Assembly: GCF_044647545.1 (NCBI RefSeq)
Contig: NZ_CP172818.1
Source: Escherichia coli
Lineage (GTDB): Bacteria; Pseudomonadota; Gammaproteobacteria; Enterobacterales; Enterobacteriaceae
DNA length: 64,000 nt
Reading direction: 5' to 3' (one strand)
Of this stretch, positions 45,128-55,425 are shown in pieces; position 1 is the first letter of the stretch, and each line of letters starts with the position of its first letter. A program made the translations under genes and the position numbers. The notes under the pieces are model-generated. The model did no database searches. It was not told where the DNA came from and saw nothing but the letters and a program-made list of their open reading frames with translations.

Positions 45128-45393
45128 TATTTGAATCCCGCCATTTCTCTGTTCAATGATTTTACTCTAGCGTAAGTGCGTGATTCTCGCTTGTTGTCTC
45201 ATTCATTAAAATTCAATAATGATATCGAGCCATTCAGCTTAAATATATTTTCAGAGAATAATTTTATATTGATTAAGTGAATGTATATTTCAAATTGATT
45301 TTATTTGTTATTATTTAAGTGGGGTATATAATTAGAGTTCGTTATCAGTGCTAAATATTCTAATCATTATGACAGGCGAGGGAGTGTCCGATT

Positions 45394-46179
45394 ATGAATT
45401 CAAAAAAGGTTTGTTGCATATGTGTGTTATTCTCGCTGCTTGCAGGATGTGCCTCTGAATCTTCTATTGATGAAAAGAAGAAAAAAGCTCAAGTCACACA
45501 AAGTAATATTAATAAAAATACCCCCCTGCAACTGACAGACAAAGATTTATTCGGTAATGAAACCACTCTGGCCGTATCCGAGGAGGATATTCAAGCTGCG
45601 CTTGATGGAAATGAGTTCCGCGTTCCCCTTAATTCTCCTGTAATACTTGTTCAATCCGGCAACCGCGCACCGGAAACCATTATGCAGGAGGAGATGCGAA
45701 AATATTATACTGTTTCCACATTCTCTGGTATCCCGGACAGGCAAAAGCCTCTGACTTGTAACAAAAACAAAGATAAAAATGAGAACGAGGATGTTGCCAG
45801 TGCTGAAAATATGAACTGGATGCAGGCATTGCGTTTTGTGGCTGCGAAAGGGCATCAGAAAGCGATTATTGTTTACCATGATACGTTGCAGACAGGAAAA
45901 TATGACACTGCACTGAAATCAACAGTATGGTCCGATTATAAAAATGAAAAAATTACTAACACAATCTCACTGCGCTATCTGGTGCGATTCACGCTGGTGG
46001 ATGTAACTACAGGTGAGTGGGCTGCCTGGTCGCCGGTGAATTATGAATATAAAGTGCTTCCACCATTGCCCGGCAAGAATGAAGCCAGTACGACTGATAT
46101 GACAGAGCAGCAAATCATGCAACTTAAGCAAAAGACCTATAAAGCGATGGTAAAAGATTTGGTTAACCGCTATCAATAA
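45394..46179 (+). CDS. yafT: putative lipoprotein
   Basis: 261-aa ORF; signal peptide plus lipobox LAGC; AT-rich codon usage. Confidence 0.85.
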   Translation: MNSKKVCCICVLFSLLAGCASESSIDEKKKKAQVTQSNINKNTPLQLTDKDLFGNETTLAVSEEDIQAALDGNEFRVPLNSPVILVQSGNRAPETIMQEEMRKYYTVSTFSGIPDRQKPLTCNKNKDKNENEDVASAENMNWMQALRFVAAKGHQKAIIVYHDTLQTGKYDTALKSTVWSDYKNEKITNTISLRYLVRFTLVDVTTGEWAAWSPVNYEYKVLPPLPGKNEASTTDMTEQQIMQLKQKTYKAMVKDLVNRYQ

Positions 46180-46328
46180 TAAATTATATCTGCCGCCAGG
46201 AATTTCTGGCGGCAATAATACAGAATTCTTTGCATAAGAAATTTTTTCCTGACAAAGACTGTGCAAAAAAGGACATGGAATCCGGAGTTAAAAACTGTTT
46301 GTTTTAGAATATTTAATTATTTAACTGC

Positions 46329-46796
46329 TTAATCTTCCTTGCGAGAAATATATTCATTATTACATTTCATGCCATTTTTAATATAGGTTGCTCCTGGGAA
46401 AATCCCCGTGTTATTACCGCAGGGGTGATAATTATCATTAACATATCCTGTGACAAAAGGAGCTATTAAAGGTGCTATTACGATAGCTATTAGTAAAAAT
46501 ATAAGAGTTAGCTGTATTGTTATGTCTGTGGCGAAATTGATTACCTTTGTTTTTTTTATTAAGAATGATTTTATTATCGTTAGTAAAATTACATGAATAT
46601 TTAACAAGGAAAACGATATGAAACCGAAGCATAGAATCAACATTCTCCAATCATAAAATATTTCCGTGGAGCCTTTTATTATTGAATATAGAGGTTTAAT
46701 TCCGGTAAAAAACAAAGATGCATTGAATGCAGGGAAAAATAATATGGCTATAAAAAACATCGAAAGAAACTCTTTCAATTTAACATGTAAACGCAT
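46329..46796 (-). CDS. ykfM: putative inner membrane protein
   Basis: 155-aa hydrophobic, AT-rich ORF; start may lie a few codons upstream. Confidence 0.65.
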   Translation of the reverse strand: MRLHVKLKEFLSMFFIAILFFPAFNASLFFTGIKPLYSIIKGSTEIFYDWRMLILCFGFISFSLLNIHVILLTIIKSFLIKKTKVINFATDITIQLTLIFLLIAIVIAPLIAPFVTGYVNDNYHPCGNNTGIFPGATYIKNGMKCNNEYISRKED

Positions 46797-46810
46797 AGTT
46801 AATCCTCATA

Positions 46811-47098
46811 TCACAGGGGGGTGTTAAGAACATACATAAATGGAGTCATGTTTTCCCTTTTCCATTTATCAAGTTCCTGTTGCCGTTTTAGTCCATCTCT
46901 AATTGCATCTTTTAATTTTTCTGATAAATGGTATTGAACATCGATTTCATTTAAAACAACTGTACACACTATCCCCGTAAGTAAAATTGCTCCTCCTACA
47001 AGAATTACTGGAAGGCCAAAACTAAGACAGGCAAAAGAAGCCAGGCTTCCAATAGCGGTTGCAACACCGCCTGCAATCACTGCTTTGGCCACATCCAT
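46811..47098 (-). CDS. yafU: putative small membrane protein
   Basis: 95-aa ORF with a hydrophobic helix; start uncertain. Confidence 0.6.
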   Translation of the reverse strand: MDVAKAVIAGGVATAIGSLASFACLSFGLPVILVGGAILLTGIVCTVVLNEIDVQYHLSEKLKDAIRDGLKRQQELDKWKRENMTPFMYVLNTPL

Positions 47099-47162
47099 TG
47101 AAAAATCACCAAGAAAATTAACCAGATCTCGCTCTGAACTCGTAATAAATTCTATGGTTCTG

Positions 47163-47439
47163 CTGATTTAACCGCAGAAAAGTTCGCCACAGCAATCCGA
47201 AACCACTGGCACGTGGAGAATAAGCTGCACTGGCGTCTGGACGTGGTAATGAATGAAGACGACTGCAAAATCAGCGAAAGAGGAAACGCCGCAGAATTAT
47301 TTTCAGGATACGGCGCATCGCTATTAATATTTTGACGAATGATAAGGTATTTAAGGCAGGGTTAAGACGTAAGATGCGAAAAGCAGCTATGGACAGAAAC
47401 TATCTGGCGTCAGTCCTTGCGGGGAGCGGGCTTTCGTAG
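47163..47439 (+). mobile_element. yafF: H-repeat (ISAs1-family) transposase C-terminal fragment, frameshifted
   Basis: Translation ...[40 protein letters not shown]... then, after a frame change, ...[36 protein letters not shown]. Confidence 0.75.
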
Positions 47440-47477
47440 TCTTCCCCGACTCTCCCCGGCCTTAAATACAACACCAC

Positions 47478-48248
47478 TCACCACAACCTAAACTCATCCG
47501 CATCCCGCCATGCCGGAAACTTTTCTCTATATTCCCGCAATGCCACCATCGACAGCTCCGCATCAATGCGCGTTGCCTGATGCGCGTCGGCAGTAGCGAT
47601 AATCTCGCCCTGTGGATTAATCACCCTGCTGTCACCACGATAATGGCAGCCGTTGCCATCGCTGCCGACGCGATTGCATCCCGCCACATACGCCTGATTC
47701 TCAATCGCGCGGGCTGTCAGCAATGCCTGCCAGTGCAGAGAGCGCGGAGCAGGCCAGTTGGCGACGTACAGGGCGAGGTCATAATCGTTGAGATTGCGCG
47801 ACCACACAGGAAAACGTAAGTCGTAGCACACCAGCGGCAAAATACGCCAGCCGCGCCATTCCACAATCACTCGCGCATTGCCCGCTTTATAATGCAGATG
47901 CTCATCTGCCATGCGGAACAGATGACGCTTATCATAAAAATGTACCGTGCCGCCCGGCTCAACCAGCAAAAAGCGGTTAACCGAACCAGACTCCGTTTGT
48001 AATGCAACACTGCCTGCAATCAGCGCATTGCACTGCTGCGCCTTAGCTGTCATCCAGTTCACTACGTCATTTTGTGCTAGCGACGAAGCTGCCGCTTCCA
48101 TGGCAAAGCCGCTGGTAAACATCTCCGGTAGAACGATCACATCGCGCCCGGTAATACCTTCCAGTTGACGATCAAAATGGCGCAGGTTGGCAGGGCCATC
48201 CATCCACACCAGTGGTTGCTGCAAAAGCGTAATCTTCAAACCAGGCAC
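47478..48248 (-). CDS. yafV: omega-amidase / nitrilase-family hydrolase (GTG start)
   Basis: 256 aa (M)PGLKITLLQQPLVWMDGPANL; CN-hydrolase fold. Confidence 0.88.
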   Translation of the reverse strand: MPGLKITLLQQPLVWMDGPANLRHFDRQLEGITGRDVIVLPEMFTSGFAMEAAASSLAQNDVVNWMTAKAQQCNALIAGSVALQTESGSVNRFLLVEPGGTVHFYDKRHLFRMADEHLHYKAGNARVIVEWRGWRILPLVCYDLRFPVWSRNLNDYDLALYVANWPAPRSLHWQALLTARAIENQAYVAGCNRVGSDGNGCHYRGDSRVINPQGEIIATADAHQATRIDAELSMVALREYREKFPAWRDADEFRLW

Positions 48249-48401
48249 GGTGTACAACTCCTTTATGCGAAGGGTTTTATAACTCTAACACCTTATCAGG
48301 CAGTTGCCTTAGCGCAGAATAAATTGATAACAAATGCTGATATTGGAAATATCTGATTTGCAAATTATCGTGTTATCGCCAGGCTTTAGGAGGTTAATAA
48401 C

Positions 48402-48875
48402 ATGGGCAGGATAAGCTCGGGAGGAATGATGTTTAAGGCAATAACGACAGTCGCCGCTCTGGTCATCGCCACCAGTGCAATGGCGCAGGATGATTTAACC
48501 ATTAGCAGCCTTGCAAAGGGCGAAACCACCAAAGCGGCGTTTAATCAGATGGTGCAAGGGCATAAGCTGCCTGCCTGGGTGATGAAAGGCGGTACTTATA
48601 CCCCTGCACAAACCGTAACGTTGGGAGATGAGACGTATCAGGTGATGAGCGCGTGCAAACCGCATGACTGTGGCTCGCAACGTATCGCTGTGATGTGGTC
48701 CGAGAAATCTAATCAGATGACGGGGCTGTTCTCGACCATTGATGAGAAAACGTCGCAAGAGAAACTCACCTGGTTGAATGTGAACGATGCGCCTTCTATT
48801 GATGGTAAAACGGTGCTGTTCGCGGCGTTGACCGGCAGCCTGGAAAACCATCCGGATGGCTTTAATTTTAAATAA
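48402..48875 (+). CDS. ivy: inhibitor of vertebrate lysozyme
   Basis: 157-aa ORF with signal peptide; CKPHDCG inhibitory loop. Confidence 0.9.
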   Translation: MGRISSGGMMFKAITTVAALVIATSAMAQDDLTISSLAKGETTKAAFNQMVQGHKLPAWVMKGGTYTPAQTVTLGDETYQVMSACKPHDCGSQRIAVMWSEKSNQMTGLFSTIDEKTSQEKLTWLNVNDAPSIDGKTVLFAALTGSLENHPDGFNFK

Positions 48876-48917
48876 TTAGCGGATAAAGAAACGGAGCCTT
48901 TCGGCTCCGTTATTCAA

Positions 48918-51362
48918 TTACGCGGCTTCAACTTTCCGCACTTTCTCCGGCAACTTTACCGGCTTCGTCGCCAGCTCTTCCGGATCAAAGTCATCAACGT
49001 TAATACTGCGCAGACGGCTTTCTTCAGCTTTCACAAGAATAGCGGCTTCATCTTTATCAATCAGCCCCTTCGCCAGCGCGTTATGCGCCAGTTCATCCAG
49101 ACGGGTAAACGGCAGGTTTTTACCCAGCTCTTTACAGATCCGCTGATGAATTGGGTCGGCGGCAATCACATCCACCAGCGCCTCTTCCAGTAAACCAACC
49201 GGGTTATGCTCGCTCGGCGTCAGGTACTGACCGCGACCAATACGTGAACGGGTGGCGTTCGGCACTTGTAAAATCTTCGCCACCTTATGATCCAGCTTAT
49301 CAGAAGGTGCCAGATAATGACGTCCGGTCGGGAAGATCACCACATTCAGCAGCCCGGCAACCACGCGGTTCGGGAAGTTTTGCAGTAAATCGTCCATCGC
49401 CTGCTCTGCCTGATACAGCGCATCCTGTACGCCCCAGTGCACCAGCGGCAGGTCGGCTTCATTACGGCCTTCGTCGTCATAACGCTTCAGAACGGCAGAG
49501 GCGAGGTAAAGCTGGCTTAAAATATCCCCCAGACGTGCCGAGATGCGCTCGCGACGTTTCAGGCTGCCGCCCAGCACCGCCATCGAGACATCAGAAAGCA
49601 GGGCGAGGTTGGCGCTCAGGCGGTTCAGGTGCTGATAGTAGCGTTTAGTGGCATCGCCGGTTGGCGTGCTGCTGGTTAAACCGCGCGTCAGGCCCAGCCA
49701 GAAGCTGCGAACTTTGTTGCTACCGACGTGACCGATATGTTTGAACAGCAGTTTATCGAACGCATTTACGTCATTGTTCTTCGCCGCTTCCATCTCTTCC
49801 AGCACGTACGGATGGCAACGAATCGCTCCTTGTCCGAAGATCATCATGCTGCGGGTCAGAATGTTAGCCCCTTCAACGGTGATGGCAATCGGTGCGCCCT
49901 GGTAAGCACGGGCCAGGAAGTTGCTCTGCCCGAGCATAATGCCTTTGCCACCAGTGATATCCATCGCATCAATAATCGACTGCTGCCCACGGTGGGTACA
50001 GTGATACTTAACGATAGCCGACAGCACGGCAGGTTTTTCACCGAGCATAATGCCGTAGGTAATCAGCGATGCCGCAGCATCCATTACATAAGCGTTTCCG
50101 GCAATACGCGCCAGCGGCTCTTCAATCCCTTCCATCTTACCAATAGAGATTTTGAACTGACGGCGGATGTGCGCATACGCACCCGTTGCCAGCGCTACCG
50201 ATTTCACGCCGCCGGTTGAGTTGGAAGGCAGGGTGATACCGCGGCCTACCGAGAGGCACTCCACCAGCATCCGCCAGCCTTGCCCGGCCATTTTTGGTCC
50301 GCCGATAATGTAATCGATCGGTACGAAGACATCTTTACCGCGCGTCGGTCCGTTCTGGAACGGCACGTTCAGCGGGAAGTGGCGACGACCAATTTCCACG
50401 CCCGGCGTGGTGGTCGGGATCAGCGCACAGGTAATACCTAAATCTTCTGCGCCACCCAGCAGTTTTTCCGGGTCGGAGAGTTTAAACGCCAGACCAAGCA
50501 CGGTCGCAATCGGCGCGAGCGTAATGTAGCGTTTGTTCCAGGTCAGTCGCATCCCCAGCACCTGCTGGCCCTGCCACTCGCCCATGCAAACAATCCCGGT
50601 ATCCGGAATCGCGCCCGCATCGGAACCCGCTTCGGGGCTGGTCAGTGCAAAGCAAGGGATCTCCTGACCACGCGCCAGACGCGGCAGATAGTGATCTTTC
50701 TGCTCGTCAGTGCCGTAATGTTGCAGTAGCTCACCCGGGCCTAATGAGTTTGGCACGCCGACGGTAATCGCCAGGATCCCGCTCACGCCGGAGAGTTTTT
50801 GCAGCACGCGAGACTGGGCATAAGCCGAGAACTCCAGCCCGCCGTACTCTTTTTTGATGATCATCGCGAAGAAGCGATGCTCTTTAAGATACGCCCACAG
50901 CTCCGGCGGCAAATCCGCCAGCTCATGGGTAATCTGGAAATCATTCGCCATCCGGCAGGCTTCTTCTACCGGACCGTCGAGAAACGCTTGCTCTTCAGCG
51001 GTCAGGCGCGGCTGCGGATAGTTATGCAGCTTTTTCCAGTCCGGCTTGCCCTGGAACAAGTCGCCCTCCCACCAGGTGGTGCCCGCATCAATCGCTTCTT
51101 TCTCAGTGCGCGACATCGGCGGCATTACCTTACGGAAACCGCGAAATACCGGCGCGGAAATCATCGACTTACGCATAGGCGCAAAGTTAAATGGCACGAG
51201 GATAATGGCCAGAGGCACCAGTACCCACGCCGACCACAGACCAGCAACGCCGAGTGCGGCTGTCCAGGCGAGCAAAATCAGACTGCTGATAAATAAGCTC
51301 ACGCGGTGATAGAACAACGCGCCGAGCAGGACAACCGTAGCGAGAATACTCAAAATCATCAT
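48918..51362 (-). CDS. fadE: acyl-CoA dehydrogenase
   Basis: 814 aa from [24 protein letters not shown]; track ORF carries 26 extra upstream codons. Confidence 0.93.
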   Translation of the reverse strand: MMILSILATVVLLGALFYHRVSLFISSLILLAWTAALGVAGLWSAWVLVPLAIILVPFNFAPMRKSMISAPVFRGFRKVMPPMSRTEKEAIDAGTTWWEGDLFQGKPDWKKLHNYPQPRLTAEEQAFLDGPVEEACRMANDFQITHELADLPPELWAYLKEHRFFAMIIKKEYGGLEFSAYAQSRVLQKLSGVSGILAITVGVPNSLGPGELLQHYGTDEQKDHYLPRLARGQEIPCFALTSPEAGSDAGAIPDTGIVCMGEWQGQQVLGMRLTWNKRYITLAPIATVLGLAFKLSDPEKLLGGAEDLGITCALIPTTTPGVEIGRRHFPLNVPFQNGPTRGKDVFVPIDYIIGGPKMAGQGWRMLVECLSVGRGITLPSNSTGGVKSVALATGAYAHIRRQFKISIGKMEGIEEPLARIAGNAYVMDAAASLITYGIMLGEKPAVLSAIVKYHCTHRGQQSIIDAMDITGGKGIMLGQSNFLARAYQGAPIAITVEGANILTRSMMIFGQGAIRCHPYVLEEMEAAKNNDVNAFDKLLFKHIGHVGSNKVRSFWLGLTRGLTSSTPTGDATKRYYQHLNRLSANLALLSDVSMAVLGGSLKRRERISARLGDILSQLYLASAVLKRYDDEGRNEADLPLVHWGVQDALYQAEQAMDDLLQNFPNRVVAGLLNVVIFPTGRHYLAPSDKLDHKVAKILQVPNATRSRIGRGQYLTPSEHNPVGLLEEALVDVIAADPIHQRICKELGKNLPFTRLDELAHNALAKGLIDKDEAAILVKAEESRLRSINVDDFDPEELATKPVKLPEKVRKVEAA

Positions 51363-51601
51363 AACGAAAAGCCCCTTACTTGTAGGAGGTCTGACCACTT
51401 GTGATGATATGGTTGTAGTGGATGTAAAAACATTTAGCAATGTGTTTACAATATAATTACAACGAAGCTCACATTGTTGCTGTTTTTATCCGCACTTCAG
51501 GTCAAAAAGTCCTGGTCATAGCATCTGCCCGTACTTCTCGCTTTTGGCGGTATCCGGTACACTGCATTTTGTCTATTACATTTATGCTGAAGGATATCCT
51601 C

Positions 51602-52180
51602 ATGTACCAGGATCTTATTCGTAACGAACTGAACGAAGCGGCGGAAACGCTGGCTAATTTTTTAAAAGATGACGCCAATATTCACGCCATTCAGCGCGCG
51701 GCGGTCCTGTTAGCAGACAGCTTTAAAGGCGGTGGCAAAGTGCTTTCTTGCGGCAACGGCGGCTCCCATTGCGACGCTATGCACTTTGCTGAAGAGTTGA
51801 CGGGGCGCTACCGTGAAAACCGTCCGGGCTACCCGGCGATTGCCATTTCTGACGTTAGTCATATTTCCTGCGTCGGTAACGATTTTGGTTTCAATGATAT
51901 TTTCTCCCGTTACGTTGAAGCGGTAGGTCGCGAAGGCGATGTACTGCTGGGGATCTCTACCTCCGGTAACTCTGCAAACGTGATCAAAGCGATCGCAGCG
52001 GCGCGTGAGAAGGGGATGAAAGTGATCACCCTGACCGGTAAAGATGGCGGCAAAATGGCTGGCACGGCGGATATTGAAATTCGCGTTCCGCACTTTGGTT
52101 ATGCCGACCGCATTCAGGAGATCCACATTAAAGTGATCCATATCCTGATCCAGTTAATTGAAAAAGAGATGGTTAAGTAA
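51602..52180 (+). CDS. gmhA: sedoheptulose 7-phosphate isomerase
   Basis: 192 aa from [20 protein letters not shown] domain. Confidence 0.93.
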   Translation: MYQDLIRNELNEAAETLANFLKDDANIHAIQRAAVLLADSFKGGGKVLSCGNGGSHCDAMHFAEELTGRYRENRPGYPAIAISDVSHISCVGNDFGFNDIFSRYVEAVGREGDVLLGISTSGNSANVIKAIAAAREKGMKVITLTGKDGGKMAGTADIEIRVPHFGYADRIQEIHIKVIHILIQLIEKEMVK

Positions 52181-52291
52181 GGTCTTTTCTCCCCAGGGAG
52201 AGGGCCGGGTGAGGGTAACAGCCTGCACCTTTGTACTTTTTAATCAATCTTCGCCGGGGGCCATGCGCTCCCGCTGTTGTGGAGGTTACCC

Positions 52292-53059
52292 ATGTGCGAA
52301 TTGCTCGGGATGAGCGCCAACGTCCCTACTGATATCTGCTTTAGTTTCACCGGGCTTGTACAGCGTGGTGGTGGAACCGGGCCACATAAAGATGGCTGGG
52401 GCATCACCTTTTACGAAGGTAAAGGCTGTCGCACATTTAAAGATCCACAACCCAGCTTTAATTCCCCCATCGCCAAACTTGTCCAGGACTACCCGATAAA
52501 ATCCTGTTCGGTTGTGGCTCATATTCGCCAGGCCAATCGGGGCGAGGTGGCGCTGGAAAATACTCACCCGTTTACCCGCGAGTTATGGGGACGTAACTGG
52601 ACTTATGCCCATAACGGGCAACTGACGGGGTACAAATCACTGGAAACCGGCAACTTCCGCCCGGTCGGTGAAACCGACAGCGAAAAAGCCTTCTGCTGGC
52701 TCCTGCATAAATTAACGCAGCGTTACCCGCGCACACCGGGCAATATGGCGGCAGTGTTTAAATATATCGCCTCACTGGCGGATGAACTGCGGCAGAAGGG
52801 CGTTTTCAACATGCTGCTTTCTGACGGACGCTATGTAATGGCGTATTGCTCGACTAATTTACACTGGATCACCCGCCGCGCGCCGTTTGGCGTGGCAACG
52901 TTGCTGGATCAGGATGTGGAAATCGACTTCAGCTCGCAGACCACACCGAATGATGTGGTCACGGTGATTGCAACACAGCCGCTGACGGGCAATGAAACCT
53001 GGCAAAAGATTATGCCAGGCGAATGGCGCTTATTTTGCCTCGGGGAGCGTGTAGTTTGA
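52292..53059 (+). CDS. yafJ: class II glutamine amidotransferase-like protein
   Basis: 255 aa from [19 protein letters not shown] (Cys at position 2). Confidence 0.88.
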   Translation: MCELLGMSANVPTDICFSFTGLVQRGGGTGPHKDGWGITFYEGKGCRTFKDPQPSFNSPIAKLVQDYPIKSCSVVAHIRQANRGEVALENTHPFTRELWGRNWTYAHNGQLTGYKSLETGNFRPVGETDSEKAFCWLLHKLTQRYPRTPGNMAAVFKYIASLADELRQKGVFNMLLSDGRYVMAYCSTNLHWITRRAPFGVATLLDQDVEIDFSSQTTPNDVVTVIATQPLTGNETWQKIMPGEWRLFCLGERVV

Positions 53060-53770
53060 TGCCAGCTGTGGCTGCACAACTTCGTGGCTTAACGGCTTGC
53101 TGACCACGTAACGGCCATTGACCACAGAAACGGTCGGTGGCTTACGGGTTTGCTCAAAGTAGTCGTAGCCCGGCTTCAGTTGCTCCCAGAAGTCCTTAAA
53201 GTTGGAATATTTATGGCGCTTCATATTGGCGTCGGTCATGCGGAACGGGTAAATACTCACTTGCACGCTCGGCTGACCAAACACCAGCGCACCAGTAACG
53301 AACTGGAAGATCTCATCAATACCCTGATTGGTCATCGCGTAGCAGCCGATGGAAACACAATCGCCGTGGATCATCAGATATTTCCCTTCATAACCATGCG
53401 CACGGTCATAGGCATTGGGGAATCCAATATTAATCGCTTTGTAGTAACGGCTGTCTGGTTTTAACTGATTACGCTGGACGCTATAAAACCCTTCCGGGCT
53501 TTTGAAATCGCCCTGACGCTGTTTTGGCCCTAAGCCGCCGGAATATTTACAGATTTTATAGCTGTCGAGCAGTTGATATTGCTCGCCCATTTTGACGTAG
53601 AGATCGAGCGTACGTTCTTCCTTGAAGATCTGGATGTAGACAGGGGATCCCATCAACTGCTGCTTATACTCTTTGCTCACTGGCGTGGTCGAGCTACTGC
53701 TGCCCAGCAAACCGGCAAACGAAACGCACGGGATCAACAACATCGCAAGAATTAATGCGATTTTACGCAT
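53030..53770 (-). CDS. yafK: L,D-transpeptidase
   Basis: 246-aa ORF with signal peptide; YkuD-type motif around [12 protein letters not shown]. Confidence 0.88.
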   Translation of the reverse strand: MRKIALILAMLLIPCVSFAGLLGSSSSTTPVSKEYKQQLMGSPVYIQIFKEERTLDLYVKMGEQYQLLDSYKICKYSGGLGPKQRQGDFKSPEGFYSVQRNQLKPDSRYYKAINIGFPNAYDRAHGYEGKYLMIHGDCVSIGCYAMTNQGIDEIFQFVTGALVFGQPSVQVSIYPFRMTDANMKRHKYSNFKDFWEQLKPGYDYFEQTRKPPTVSVVNGRYVVSKPLSHEVVQPQLASNYTLPEAK

Positions 53771-53924
53771 ACTGCTTATTCCTTGATAAAACGGTTACAC
53801 ACGCCAGGACGGCAAAATGGATCCCAAATCGGAATAGTCTGGATTTGGAAGGCTCACATTATCACCAAAAGAGTTTTACGCAAGCCTGTCGGCGCAGGGT
53901 TTACAAATTTCATCGGCAGCGGGC

Positions 53925-54203
53925 TTTACCCAAATAGCGCCGCGTGAGTTCCAGTTCTCTCAAATCGTAAAAGTTTATCGGTAAGTTTGTAAATCAGGAT
54001 CCAGTCCGGTTCGACATGAGCATCGCGATAACCTTTCCATGAACCTTGCAGCGGGTGGTCTTTATAAACAGCTGGAAGCAGTAAAGTATTATTGATAAGA
54101 GCGTCATAAGATATTTCAATTTATTCATATCCTTATGACGCTTTTGTGCAAGTTTTACATCCTTTGAAAATTGTCCCGAGTATTCAATATCCCTTTGAAT
54201 CAT
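53925..54203 (-). pseudogene. yafQ: YafQ mRNA-interferase toxin, frameshifted
   Basis: First 36 codons from ATG at 54203 match YafQ; frame breaks near 54094-54096; the +1 frame continues with ...YKDHPLQGSWKGYRDAHVEPDWILIYKL...FERTGTHAALFG to 53925. Confidence 0.8.
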
Positions 54204-54205
54204 AT

Positions 54206-54466
54206 TTAAATTCCTAATTTATCAAATAAATCATCGGCGTCTTTGGCCTTATGAATACCAACGCCAGCTTCGCTGTTTTTGATTGATTGAATAGTTAATT
54301 GATTAGGCTCGCGTAAATCAAACGGCAATGCCTTTTCACGCGCGACCTTTGTGAGGGTTATGCGAACCAGGTCAGAGATGGTCAGCCCCATCCCGGCCAG
54401 TACGTCCGCCGCCTGATTCTTCAGATCTTCATCGATTCGGGCGCGAACAAACGCGTTAGCAGCCAT
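54206..54466 (-). CDS. dinJ: DinJ antitoxin
   Basis: 86-aa ORF MAANAFVRARIDEDLKNQAADVLAGMGLTISD; immediately upstream of yafQ. Confidence 0.92.
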   Translation of the reverse strand: MAANAFVRARIDEDLKNQAADVLAGMGLTISDLVRITLTKVAREKALPFDLREPNQLTIQSIKNSEAGVGIHKAKDADDLFDKLGI

Positions 54467-54482
54467 TGGGATATCTCCTGTG

Positions 54483-54498
54483 CTGTATATTTATTCAG
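54483..54498 (-). promoter_or_regulatory. LexA-like box in dinJ promoter region
   Basis: CTGTATATTTATTCAG, close to CTGT-N8-ACAG. Confidence 0.5.
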
Positions 54499-54675
54499 CT
54501 TGAATTGTAGCTCAAATGAGCAACAGCGACAATCCATGAGTAATTTAATAAACGGATGTTTTTACATAATTAACTGAAATATATTTATTAATTTTATAAT
54601 AATGGTTTATTAAGTTTGTTCAGGTACGGGCCGGGATACACTGCAACATCAATGCATGACCAGCCATTATTGAGA

Positions 54676-55425
54676 ATGTCTTTGCCGTCGATTCCCTCTT
54701 TTGTGTTGTCGGGATTACTGTTGCTTTGCTTGCCGTTTTCTTCATTTGCCAGCGCCACCACATCACATATCTCTTTCAGCTACGCCGCCCGCCAGCGGAT
54801 GCAAAACCGTGCGCGTTTATTAAAACAGTACCAAACCCATCTGAAAAAACAGGCCAGCTATATTGTGGAAGGCAATGCCGAAAGCAGAAGGGCGCTACGC
54901 CAGCACAACCGGGAGCAGATAAAACAGCATCCAGAATGGTTTCCTGCGCCGCTCAAGGCGAGTGACAGACGCTGGCAGGCGCTGGCGGAAAACAACCACT
55001 TTTTAAGCAGCGATCACCTGCATAACATCACCGAAGTGGCGATTCACCGCCTGGAGCAGCAGCTTGGCAAGCCTTATGTCTGGGGCGGCACGCGGCCCGA
55101 TAAAGGCTTCGACTGTAGCGGGTTGGTTTTTTATGCCTACAACAAGATCCTTGAGGCGAAGCTCCCGCGCACAGCCAATGAGATGTATCACTACCATCGG
55201 GCAACGATTGTGGCGAACAACGACCTGCGCCGGGGAGATTTGCTGTTTTTCCATATTCACAGCCGCGAGATAGCCGATCATATGGGGGTGTATCTGGGAG
55301 ACGGTCAGTTTATCGAGTCACCACGTACCGGCGAAACCATTCGGATAAGCCGGTTAGCTGAACCTTTCTGGCAGGATCATTTTTTAGGCGCGCGGCGGAT
55401 TTTGACGGAAGAGACGATTTTGTAG
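54676..55425 (+). CDS. yafL: NlpC/P60-family putative peptidoglycan endopeptidase
   Basis: 249 aa from MSLPSIPSFVLSG; signal peptide; conserved Cys (DCSGLV) and His. Confidence 0.85.
   Translation: MSLPSIPSFVLSGLLLLCLPFSSFASATTSHISFSYAARQRMQNRARLLKQYQTHLKKQASYIVEGNAESRRALRQHNREQIKQHPEWFPAPLKASDRRWQALAENNHFLSSDHLHNITEVAIHRLEQQLGKPYVWGGTRPDKGFDCSGLVFYAYNKILEAKLPRTANEMYHYHRATIVANNDLRRGDLLFFHIHSREIADHMGVYLGDGQFIESPRTGETIRISRLAEPFWQDHFLGARRILTEETIL

Noticed and set aside
48918-51440. 840-aa extended fadE ORF, and similar 5' extensions of rseP, proS, rnhA, yafS, gmhA and yafJ
   Set aside because: The extra N-terminal codons lack RBS support and known family N-termini begin at internal Met/Val; called at the shorter starts.
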